From: an uncultured archaeon
Lineage (GTDB): Archaea; Asgardarchaeota; Hermodarchaeia; Hermodarchaeales; Hermodarchaeaceae
DNA: 32,155 nucleotides
Assembly (NCBI GenBank): GCA_964347205.1
Contig: CAYFXY010000005.1
Location: forward strand, 5,109 to 37,263
Reading direction: 5' to 3'
Shown here: piece by piece, positions 1 through 8,241 of the stretch
Layout of the letters: every line of letters begins with the position of its first letter
Position numbering within the stretch: the first letter of the stretch is position 1
Made by a program: the position numbers and the translations under genes
Notes under the pieces: generated by a model
Told to the model about the DNA's origin: nothing
Databases searched by the model: none
Seen by the model: only the letters and a program-made list of their open reading frames with translations

Positions 1-109
1 GGAAACGAACCATGTCTGGGTCGAGGGCAAATGTAAGAAATGAGTCTTCGCGTTTTTCAAGATCAAATTTTACAAATACCTTGTCCAAAAAGATAAAAAC
101 AAATGGCTT

Positions 110-382
110 TTGACCTTCTGTAAGTATCATCAAGACCGAGCTGAGCGATATGGATCTTCACCAGATCTATATTGGCGCGCAGGACAGAAAATGCAACGCG
201 ATTACGGATATACCTACAAACGTGTTCCTGAAAGGGATACAAAACTTGATGACGAGAGGTGGAAATTCTTTTTTCAGCGATACAAACCTAACGGCTCAAA
301 AAGCGCAAGCCCCGCACCAATTACAATAGTTCGCGACAAGGATCAAGATGGCGAATGGCGAGTCGATGTTGCAACTGTATAA
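110..382 (+). CDS. hypothetical small protein (90 aa)
   Basis: Open frame with a TTG start. I recognise no motifs. It lies just upstream of the antiporter pair. The coding status is uncertain. Confidence 0.25.
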   Translation: MTFCKYHQDRAERYGSSPDLYWRAGQKMQRDYGYTYKRVPERDTKLDDERWKFFFQRYKPNGSKSASPAPITIVRDKDQDGEWRVDVATV

Positions 383-413
383 TATAGGGGATTACACTAT
401 GGTTGAATAGACA

Positions 414-1719
414 ATGGCATTAGATTTCGTTGCATTTGGTCTCCTTCTCACCGGAATCATAATTATCATTGCATGGATAAGCGAATTTTTTTCACGAATT
501 TCTCGAGTCCCAAACATCGTCTTCTTTCTATTATTTGCCCTTCTTCTCGCACCTTTCATTATTTTTTTTGGAGGTATTTACTTTGACCCCCAACTTTTCG
601 AACTCATCATTAGTGTGAGTTTGGCAGTCATCATTTTCGAAGGAGGTTACAGTTTCAATCGATGCATTTCAACTGTTGAATCGCATCTTCCCGGACACCG
701 CCGAAAGGAGTGCAAACCACTTCCGTTTCGTCAGCTCCTCCCTCATATTCTCCGATTAACCATAATTGCCGGAATCACTACAGTGGTATTGATGACTTTG
801 ATTTTCATCTTTTTCATCGGTTTTCCCCCTTTGCTAGCAGGGTTAGCGGGAACGCTCTGTGCAGTTACTGGCCCTACTGTAATTATCCCGGTACTTCGCG
901 AATTAAAAGTAAATGAAGATGTAGCAGAAACGCTCCAAGGTGAAGGAGGACTAAACGATGCTATCTTTGCGGTTACCAGCGGAGCGATTTTCGCAGCAAT
1001 CATGATTGAAGCCACAGGTTTGATAAACTTCATCTTAATTCCCATCTTGATTATATTCGATTTAGGAATTGGTGTCCTTATCGGTTTAGCTATTGGAGGT
1101 GTTGGCATTTTAATTGCCAAATACATCCGTCCCTTGGCGACCCTACGATTTGGAGCTCTTTTCAATCAAAGCATCTTAGTAACATTGGACCTGATTGGAT
1201 TACTATGCGCAGCAATATTGGCATTTGGTTTAGGAAAACTATTCGGAACAGAAGCAGCAATCATCGCAACGCTAATCGCAGGTATTTTATTAGGTCAACG
1301 TCATCGCTTCGAAAAAGATGGCGAAAATATGAAACTTCAGAACAATGATGAAGCCGAGGAAGGTTGCCTTGCATGGCGCGTATTGCGGTCTGGGAATCAT
1401 CGTCGTTTTTCTTTTGATGTTGGTTGTTCGTCCAATTGCCGTCTTTGTAGCAACAATTCGATCTGACTTTAGCATACGCGAACGAATATTTCTGAGTTTG
1501 TTAGCCCCTCGAGGTGTTGTCATTGCAGCCCTCAGCCTATCCTTTGTCCTTGAAATCATTTTCAACAACCCACTTGGTTTAGGCGAGTTAGCTACACTTT
1601 TGCTATGGTATCTCATTATCATCGTATTTGTTTCAATTCTGATTGAAGGAGGTTTAGCCTCCTGGATCGCTAAAAAGACCGGTGTGATCGAACCAGAGAT
1701 GAAAGAACCCGAAACTTAA
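414..1719 (+). pseudogene. CPA1-type Na+/H+ (cation:proton) antiporter, copy 1, frame-disrupted
   Basis: ORFs 414-1466 and 1345-1719 are in different frames but together align along the intact paralogue downstream. Shared blocks are the MAL(D/E)FV start, IIFEGGYSFNRC, TGPTVI, GEG..NDAI, LIAGILLG, VRPIA.FV and PRG.VIAA. The second frame only opens at 1333, so the switch lies at about 1333-1375. About 37 residues of the paralogue, including one TM helix, have no counterpart. Confidence 0.6.
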
Positions 1720-1822
1720 TCGTGCTAAGAACCACGTCCAAGTGTTTAACCTTTGATAAAAAAGATGAACTTAAAACCCCAATCAATCCTTTTATGCAGA
1801 AAAAGCTGGATTGGGATCGGCT

Positions 1823-3202
1823 ATGGCGCTTGAATTTGTTCTCCTCATTCTCATTCTCGCCGCAGTAATCGCAGGAATCACCTACATATCTCATATTCTA
1901 TCGGAAATAACCCGATTACCACGATTAGTCTTCTATATCATAGTCGGATTACTGATTGGACCACTAGGATTCAATCTGTTAAACCCAGATGTATTAACCA
2001 TTCACCAAGGAGAGCTGCTAGAAGCTATTGTAGCAATAGCTGTAGCAATCATCGTTTTCGAAGGAGGTTATAGTTTCAATCGATGTTTACCTCATGAACA
2101 AGCCTGCTCACCCATTGAGTTTCGAAAGCTCATCGGAAATGTCTTACGATTATCACTCATTGGTGGATTTATCACAGCGGCTCTGATGACTCTCGTATTT
2201 GTATTTCTCATAGGTTTTACACTTCCCTTCGCTTTGTTAATGGGCGTTTTGACGATGATTACTGGACCAACGGTGATTAATCCCATCGTGCGCCGCTTGG
2301 GTATTAGAGAGGATATCGCATTCACTCTCGAAGGAGAAGGGCTAATTAATGATGCGATTGGTGTGATTTTTGCTTCTACAATTTTTAGCGCTATCCTTGC
2401 ATCGCTCTCAGGAAGTGTTTTTCCACTCCCTTTAGTTGTAGGCTACAACCTAGCAATTGGTATCTTAGCAGGTCTGGGAGTAGGGGTACTAGGTGTTATC
2501 ACCTCACAATTAATTGCCCCCCGAATGATAAAGAAATTTGGACAACGAATTGATCAGCATGATCTGTCCCATTTGTCCCGGATTGGAATGATAATAGCTG
2601 CATTCACATCATTTGCCATCGCAGAATTCTTTGCCTTTGAGTCAGGAATCATTGCTGCACTGATTGCTGGCATTTTGCTTGGGAATCGAGACCGATTAGG
2701 TATTGGTCCGGAACCCGATTGGGAAGATTACGAAGCATACGACATGAAACACCACATTGAACAAGGCGTTCACACCTTTCAATCAGATCTGGTCCAATTA
2801 GCAATCGCGGCGGTATTTCTGATGTTAACTGCATTCATTACATTGGACTTGCTGTTAGTTACCTTATTTACACCCTTTTTTCTGGCCGCCATCGTTGTTG
2901 CAGCTTTGTTGATTCTAATCGTCCGACCCATTGCTATCTTTGTTTCTACTTTCCGAGCGAAATTTACATCTCGTGAGAAATTATTCATGAGCTTCTTTGG
3001 TCCCCGAGGAATAGTCATAGCAGCAACAGGTGTGTTTATGGCTATTACTCTCTCAATTCGCTATGCGTTTCCCTTTCCACAGCTTCCCGGTTATATCTTT
3101 ATCATCGTCTTAGTCACCGTAGTTGTACAAGCAAGTGTTGCACCATTAATTGCCAGAGCCTTTGGAATCAGCACTGTAAAATATAACCAAAAAAGTGCTT
3201 AG
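1823..3202 (+). CDS. CPA1-type Na+/H+ (cation:proton) antiporter, copy 2, intact
   Basis: Polytopic membrane protein with the CPA1/NhaP-like blocks listed for copy 1. The ATG at 1823 gives MALEFV, parallel to MALDFV of copy 1. The ORF track starts at a TTG at 1811. Confidence 0.8.
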   Translation: MALEFVLLILILAAVIAGITYISHILSEITRLPRLVFYIIVGLLIGPLGFNLLNPDVLTIHQGELLEAIVAIAVAIIVFEGGYSFNRCLPHEQACSPIEFRKLIGNVLRLSLIGGFITAALMTLVFVFLIGFTLPFALLMGVLTMITGPTVINPIVRRLGIREDIAFTLEGEGLINDAIGVIFASTIFSAILASLSGSVFPLPLVVGYNLAIGILAGLGVGVLGVITSQLIAPRMIKKFGQRIDQHDLSHLSRIGMIIAAFTSFAIAEFFAFESGIIAALIAGILLGNRDRLGIGPEPDWEDYEAYDMKHHIEQGVHTFQSDLVQLAIAAVFLMLTAFITLDLLLVTLFTPFFLAAIVVAALLILIVRPIAIFVSTFRAKFTSREKLFMSFFGPRGIVIAATGVFMAITLSIRYAFPFPQLPGYIFIIVLVTVVVQASVAPLIARAFGISTVKYNQKSA

Positions 3203-3418
3203 AAAAATCGTTAAAGCGCTGCATCAGGGTCAGTTCATTGAATGATGAATTATACTCGGGGTTAAACGAAGCATTCGCTTCTTGAATTCCATTTATTTCT
3301 GGAAATTAGTCAATTTTAAAGGAAAAGCCGAAAGTTTCCCCCATATCATTTCAGTTATCAAATGCCCTCTCATGGTTTAAAGGGACTGGACGCTTAATCA
3401 ATAGCTGGCGGTGCGGAT

Positions 3419-4792
3419 GTGAGGAAACTCAAGAGCAAGGGCTCAACAAAACGAGTCAAGCTCGTGAAGAAAGTTCGGAAAATCGCACCTTATCTAGCTC
3501 CTGTGGTGGATGGCATTGAAGCCGCCCAGGACTTGGACCCAACCATGCAGACCCTGTCACCTTCCTCAAGTCAGACCCGATGTCTCGTCTGCAAAGGTGG
3601 TAAATTGCTCTGTGGGAAGTCTTCCTGTCCTCTCCTGCACCGACTCTATTCTTTTTTAAAGGTAAAACCACTCCTCGATAAATGTGACCTTTCAGGATCA
3701 TCGCCTCCGGGGGTATTTGTAGGAAGATTTGGGTATCCGAAAGTTTATGCAGGACCACTCATTCCTCCAGTCATTGGTGATACATCAATTTATGACTCAC
3801 CTGAAGATTGGATGTATCTTGACCTTGAACAAATTCTCGAGTATCGATATTCTTTAGTTCGAGGTATGCACCGTGTAAGAGTGACTGATCCGGAACAAGC
3901 AGGGCGAATTATTGATGATACTCGTGATATGACTCTTTCTTCAGGACCGGTTGAAACTGAAGTCGTTTTTCGAAAACGTCCTTGCCGTCCACTACGAGTT
4001 GATTCTGAGGTTCAACCAATGGGTCCATCAGCAATGCTTGAACGCTTTATGTTGGGTACCATGAAAGGACACCGACGCCTTGAACGTGCTTATGAAGATA
4101 GGGATTTGAAAGCAGCTCCAGCTGTCGTCAATCTCTATCATAATGATGTGAACCTGACAAAGATTACCCGGGCGTTTAGTATGGGTTGTTTTGGTATCGG
4201 AAACAACAGACGTATGGTGCCCACGAGATGGAGTATAACGGCAGTGGATAGCACTGTTGGAAGACATTATCGCACCCAAATTAAAGAGCAGCCATTTATT
4301 AACGAATTTCGTGTATTCGAAGCGAACTTCCTTGGAGATTATGTAAAAATCTTAATGGGCCCAGAGGCATGGAGCTACGAACTAGTTGAAGCTTGGTACC
4401 CTGGAACAATATGGAATCCGTCAGGGAATCATGTGGGTATTTGTAGTGACTGGGAACCTTACAAAGGGCGTACTACCTATGCATCAATTGGCGGGTGTTA
4501 TTATGCTGTTCGAGTGGTTACAACGGAATACCTTGCGAAAGAAAACCGCCAAGCGTCTGTTATCGTGCTTAGAGAATCTCGACCGTCTCATCTAATGCCT
4601 TTGGGAGTATGGAAAATCCGTGAAATCGCACGAGAAGCATTACAACAACCATTCTTGTCCTTTGATACCCGTGAGGAAGCAATTCAATACATAATGTCAG
4701 GACTTAATATTGATTTGAAGTCTTGGATAGAAGGTGGAAGTCTTTTAGCACGTCAGCTTTATCAAAGACGATTAACTGAATATTTTTCCTAG
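3419..4792 (+). CDS. Nre-family archaeal DNA repair protein with C-terminal PIP box
   Basis: N-terminal Cys cluster CLVCKGGKLLCGKSSCP followed by SPPGVFVGRFGYPKV, as in the archaeal Nre (DUF650/DUF651) family. The extreme C-terminus QRRLTEYF fits Qxx(L/I/M)xx(F/Y)(F/Y). The start is a GTG at 3419. An alternative ATG lies at 3545. Confidence 0.75.
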   Translation: MRKLKSKGSTKRVKLVKKVRKIAPYLAPVVDGIEAAQDLDPTMQTLSPSSSQTRCLVCKGGKLLCGKSSCPLLHRLYSFLKVKPLLDKCDLSGSSPPGVFVGRFGYPKVYAGPLIPPVIGDTSIYDSPEDWMYLDLEQILEYRYSLVRGMHRVRVTDPEQAGRIIDDTRDMTLSSGPVETEVVFRKRPCRPLRVDSEVQPMGPSAMLERFMLGTMKGHRRLERAYEDRDLKAAPAVVNLYHNDVNLTKITRAFSMGCFGIGNNRRMVPTRWSITAVDSTVGRHYRTQIKEQPFINEFRVFEANFLGDYVKILMGPEAWSYELVEAWYPGTIWNPSGNHVGICSDWEPYKGRTTYASIGGCYYAVRVVTTEYLAKENRQASVIVLRESRPSHLMPLGVWKIREIAREALQQPFLSFDTREEAIQYIMSGLNIDLKSWIEGGSLLARQLYQRRLTEYFS

Positions 4793-4793
4793 G

Positions 4794-5246
4794 CTAGATG
4801 AATTTTATTGGAATTCTGTTGAGACCTGTTTTTGAGAATTCGATCAAAATTCCATCTCTTAAGTGAAAAACAAGGATTACCCGGGTTTCTTTAGTAAACA
4901 TCTTCATGTAAGGAAACCGGTGTGTAAGCTTCGTCCAGTAGTCATCGAATTGAGGTGAAGTAGGATAAAGAATTGTCACGTTCGCAAACAGTTGCAGGAC
5001 CTTAGGACCTCCAGCAGATTCGGGAGTAAAAACATCATGAATTTCGAAATGAACAAGCGGATTTTCCATAAGGTTCTTCACCGATACATGTTGTTGTGAT
5101 ATTTCTAGGAACACTTCAAGGGTTTCTGAACTATATTCGTGTGGCGTTGCATTAGGTATTCCGGATTTTGAGGCTGTAGCCATTGTAAGAAATCTATGAT
5201 TACGAAGAAAATCCAGCGCTATTTCTGTGGGTGATTCGAGATTCAT
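4794..5246 (-). CDS. pyridoxamine 5'-phosphate oxidase-like (FMN/F420-binding split-barrel) family protein
   Basis: Pattern ALDFLRNHRFLTMATASKSGIPNATP ... VKNLMENPLVHFEIHD is typical of the PNPOx-like fold. I prefer the ATG at 5246 over the TTG at 5300 used by the ORF track. Confidence 0.6.
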   Translation of the reverse strand: MNLESPTEIALDFLRNHRFLTMATASKSGIPNATPHEYSSETLEVFLEISQQHVSVKNLMENPLVHFEIHDVFTPESAGGPKVLQLFANVTILYPTSPQFDDYWTKLTHRFPYMKMFTKETRVILVFHLRDGILIEFSKTGLNRIPIKFI

Positions 5247-5395
5247 AATTATGTTTAGACCAGGTACTTGATAATAAATGCATTTCAAAAGAAGCCGCAA
5301 GATTCTTTTTGCTAATTTTCATTCACGAGTAACCAAGGGAAGCAGGATCTTCTGCATAAAAACTGTTATTAAGAGACAACTCTTTTGGATTCCGT

Positions 5396-6238
5396 GTGTG
5401 GGATAAAATCCAGCTTTTAATTAAAACCAGTAGACCTGTAGGATGGATCATTGCCCCACTTGGATTTCTTCTCGGGTTTACAGCTTTTGCAGCGGGGTTA
5501 ACGCCTCTCTCGATTTTTCAATTGATTTTCCTCTCATTCCCATACTGCGTTTTTCTTTATGGAACTAATGACATGTATGATTATGAGTCAGATAAACAAA
5601 ATCCACGAAAAACCGTTCCCAATTCAGTTGAAATGAAAAGTACTTTTTTTCCCTTAGTTCAGAAGCTGTCAATTGTTTTTATGGTCACTTTATTGATAAG
5701 TGCGCTCACAACCTTGAATCCTACACATATTCTTGCAATGATCTTGCTTCTCTTCTTCTCCTATGCTTATTCTGCTCCACCCCTCAGATTGAAAGAGCGA
5801 CCCCCGTTGGATTCGATTTCTAATGGGATTCTATACTTTTATGCTCCAGTGTTGCTTGGAGCTAGTTTTAATGCAACCTTATTTGATATTCCAATTCAGG
5901 CTTACTTCATTACAGCGTGTGTTATTGGCATTCATTCCTTTAGTACCGTTATGGATTATAGTGCGGATAAAACAGCTGGTGATCGGACCTTCGCAGTTGT
6001 CTTAGGAAAGCGAACCGCGTCGTTATTCACGTTCATCGTTTTCATTATAGCGTACTTATTTTCAGGATTTCAAGGAATGATTGTGGGATACTTTCTCATC
6101 TTTTGCGCTGTTTCATCGGGCATTATCACAGTGGTGCCCGCAGAGAAATGGGCTCAGTACTTTTTTTACGCGATGGGAATAGGATTCGGGGTGGTAGCGG
6201 TGTTTGAAGTCCTTAGGTATTTAACGTACTTTTATTGA
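5396..6238 (+). CDS. UbiA-family aromatic/isoprenoid prenyltransferase (membrane)
   Basis: Multi-TM protein with the two Asp-rich UbiA motifs, NDMYDYESD and DYSADKTAGD. The start is GTG. The substrate cannot be determined from sequence. Confidence 0.75.
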   Translation: MWDKIQLLIKTSRPVGWIIAPLGFLLGFTAFAAGLTPLSIFQLIFLSFPYCVFLYGTNDMYDYESDKQNPRKTVPNSVEMKSTFFPLVQKLSIVFMVTLLISALTTLNPTHILAMILLLFFSYAYSAPPLRLKERPPLDSISNGILYFYAPVLLGASFNATLFDIPIQAYFITACVIGIHSFSTVMDYSADKTAGDRTFAVVLGKRTASLFTFIVFIIAYLFSGFQGMIVGYFLIFCAVSSGIITVVPAEKWAQYFFYAMGIGFGVVAVFEVLRYLTYFY

Positions 6239-6327
6239 CGGGTACCTAAGGGACTAATCTTTTAGACAGCGTCAAGTACGTGTTGCATTCAAGATCCAAG
6301 TTTGGTTGGAATCAGTTCTTAACATTT

Positions 6328-7545
6328 TTAGAAGAAAATATTCATACAAGCAATACCTCGTGCCACGGGGTTGCTAAGCGGATGAGGGAGATTTTCAATG
6401 ACATGAATAGTAAGGTCATGAACAAAGAAGCGTCCTTTTTTGGTAACTTCTTCTCCGCTAATATAGCCAGTGAGTTTAAGGAGGTTTGCCACAAATCTTA
6501 AGCGCCGGGGAACTGTTTTAAGAAAGGATTTTTCGAGTTTGAGATCGTAAAGCCGGTGAGCAAACTCACGCCAGGAATCGAAGAGTTCTGTGAATTCTAT
6601 TCGATAGCCATAGGTTTGTTTTTCATTCAGGTGCAAAAGATATTCATCGAGGAATGGATTAACAACTTGAATATTCTCTATCTTACTGAAAGCAGAGGGG
6701 CCGAACCCAAAATATTCAGCTGGGTGTTCACTTGGAGCCTTTTGTGCAAGCTCGGGACTGGAAAACACCCACACATTTTCCCTTTCATATCCCATGCTAT
6801 TTAGAATTTCAGCAGCGCTTTCAATCATATCAAAAGATTCACGAGGACTAACACCCGGTTTAGCACGTGCACCAGGGGCTTTGGTAAAAGGATATGTAGT
6901 TATTTGGTCTAGACCGAGATCTGCTAGCCGCGTAATGTCATATAAAAAATCACCACGGTGTTGATGTGGCAAACCCACCATAAGATCAGCATTGACAACT
7001 ATACCGAGATCATGTGCTTTCGTGATGATTTCTCGAATTAATGGCACATCCGTCCTATCGCGTTGCACATTCTCAAGAACTTTCTTTGTTAGGGATTCAA
7101 CACCCATACTTATTCTTGTCACCTCTAGTTGATGAAGTGCTTCGAGATATTTTTCAGTAAAATAAGGAGGCTTGCCTTCTAGCGTAATATCTTCAAGTTG
7201 AACATATTCCTTCAATTTCTGCAAGATCTGAGCAATCTCTTCTTCACGGAGAAGATTTGGAGTTCCTCCTCCAAAATAGACCCATTCTATATCCCCCTCT
7301 AATTCCCGAAGATCAATCTCACGGAGTAACGCTTTTAGATATCTATCCTTTAACTCAGAATCAAAGAGAACGCGATGGAATGGACAGAAGGCACACAAGC
7401 GTTCACAAAAGGGAACATGCAGGTATATTCCCACATGACTCGTTATTACCTCTTTCCAATTTATAAGACAATAATCATAGTTGAGATTTGAAAAACTCGA
7501 TGCTACCATTCTTTTAGCAATTTGGGGAATCATTGTAGTTTCCAC
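6328..7545 (-). CDS. radical SAM protein, HemN/HemW (oxygen-independent coproporphyrinogen oxidase-like) family
   Basis: CERLCAFC (CxxxCxxC) follows YLHVPFC. YFGGGTPN is downstream. The size is about 400 aa. The start is the GTG at 7545 or the ATG at 7533. Confidence 0.75.
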   Translation of the reverse strand: METTMIPQIAKRMVASSFSNLNYDYCLINWKEVITSHVGIYLHVPFCERLCAFCPFHRVLFDSELKDRYLKALLREIDLRELEGDIEWVYFGGGTPNLLREEEIAQILQKLKEYVQLEDITLEGKPPYFTEKYLEALHQLEVTRISMGVESLTKKVLENVQRDRTDVPLIREIITKAHDLGIVVNADLMVGLPHQHRGDFLYDITRLADLGLDQITTYPFTKAPGARAKPGVSPRESFDMIESAAEILNSMGYERENVWVFSSPELAQKAPSEHPAEYFGFGPSAFSKIENIQVVNPFLDEYLLHLNEKQTYGYRIEFTELFDSWREFAHRLYDLKLEKSFLKTVPRRLRFVANLLKLTGYISGEEVTKKGRFFVHDLTIHVIENLPHPLSNPVARGIACMNIFF

Positions 7546-7629
7546 ATCTTTATTTCAGTGGATTAAAGAAATGGAATACCCTAATTGTACCCATCATCCC
7601 TGCGAAAGAAAATTCAGGAAAATAAAAGG

Positions 7630-8106
7630 TTACCCACCCGGTCCTCCATGCCAAGGGACATCTTTCCAGGTGAGGTTCCAAAGATCTTCTTCAGTAAGGG
7701 TTTCCTTTTCGATGACAAGCGAATAAATACGGTTGAGAAGCTTATGATGGCGTTTTTCATCCTCAAGAATATATTCGAGTACTTGTTTTGAACCAGGGTC
7801 GTCAGTTTCCGGGATAATCTTAGTATAGGTTTCTATCGCTTTGGCTTCCAGGCTGATGTGTTCTTGGATATTCTTACCCAATTCGTCTCGTTTCTCTTCT
7901 TCAATGAATGGGGTTTTTGATTCAATTCGAGCAAGAAGCGCGTTGAGTAATAACGCATGTTTGTTTGAATCAATCGCGATGGCTTCGATTAGATACCGCA
8001 CGAGCAGATTCTTGGTGTTTTTGACGCTTGCATTAGCGATTCGGACAATTTTTTCTTCCAGACTGATTTGGTCTTTGAGGAATGCCGTTAGTTGATTCCT
8101 TTCCAT
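7630..8106 (-). CDS. ferritin-like / rubrerythrin-like four-helix-bundle protein
   Basis: Helical 158-aa protein with paired E...E..H-type segments (LEAKAIETY, EDEKRHHKL). It is co-oriented with, and about 85 nt upstream of, the HemW-like gene. Confidence 0.5.
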   Translation of the reverse strand: MERNQLTAFLKDQISLEEKIVRIANASVKNTKNLLVRYLIEAIAIDSNKHALLLNALLARIESKTPFIEEEKRDELGKNIQEHISLEAKAIETYTKIIPETDDPGSKQVLEYILEDEKRHHKLLNRIYSLVIEKETLTEEDLWNLTWKDVPWHGGPGG

Positions 8107-8241
8107 AGATATGTCACCGTCGCTCCCTTCATACTTGCAGCCTTTTCTGTGTTGTCATGTTTTCAAGTTCCTAGATTCTCACTTATCCGAGAGGGTTAAG
8201 AGGCTTTTTTAGCTAGGTTGATGAGAAAGGCGTGAGGAACT

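Noticed and set aside
1366-1376. A shared GAGGAAGG string at two frame-break regions (antiporter at about 1368, and 26345-26352 near the giant gene junction) as a possible common slippage or recoding signal
   Set aside because: The string is on the coding strand in one case and on the non-coding strand in the other. It is a short purine-rich word that is likely to recur by chance. The exact breakpoints are not defined.
6280-6501. 73-aa plus-strand ORF after the UbiA gene
   Set aside because: It lies mostly antisense to the 3' end of the HemW-like gene, which has strong motif support.
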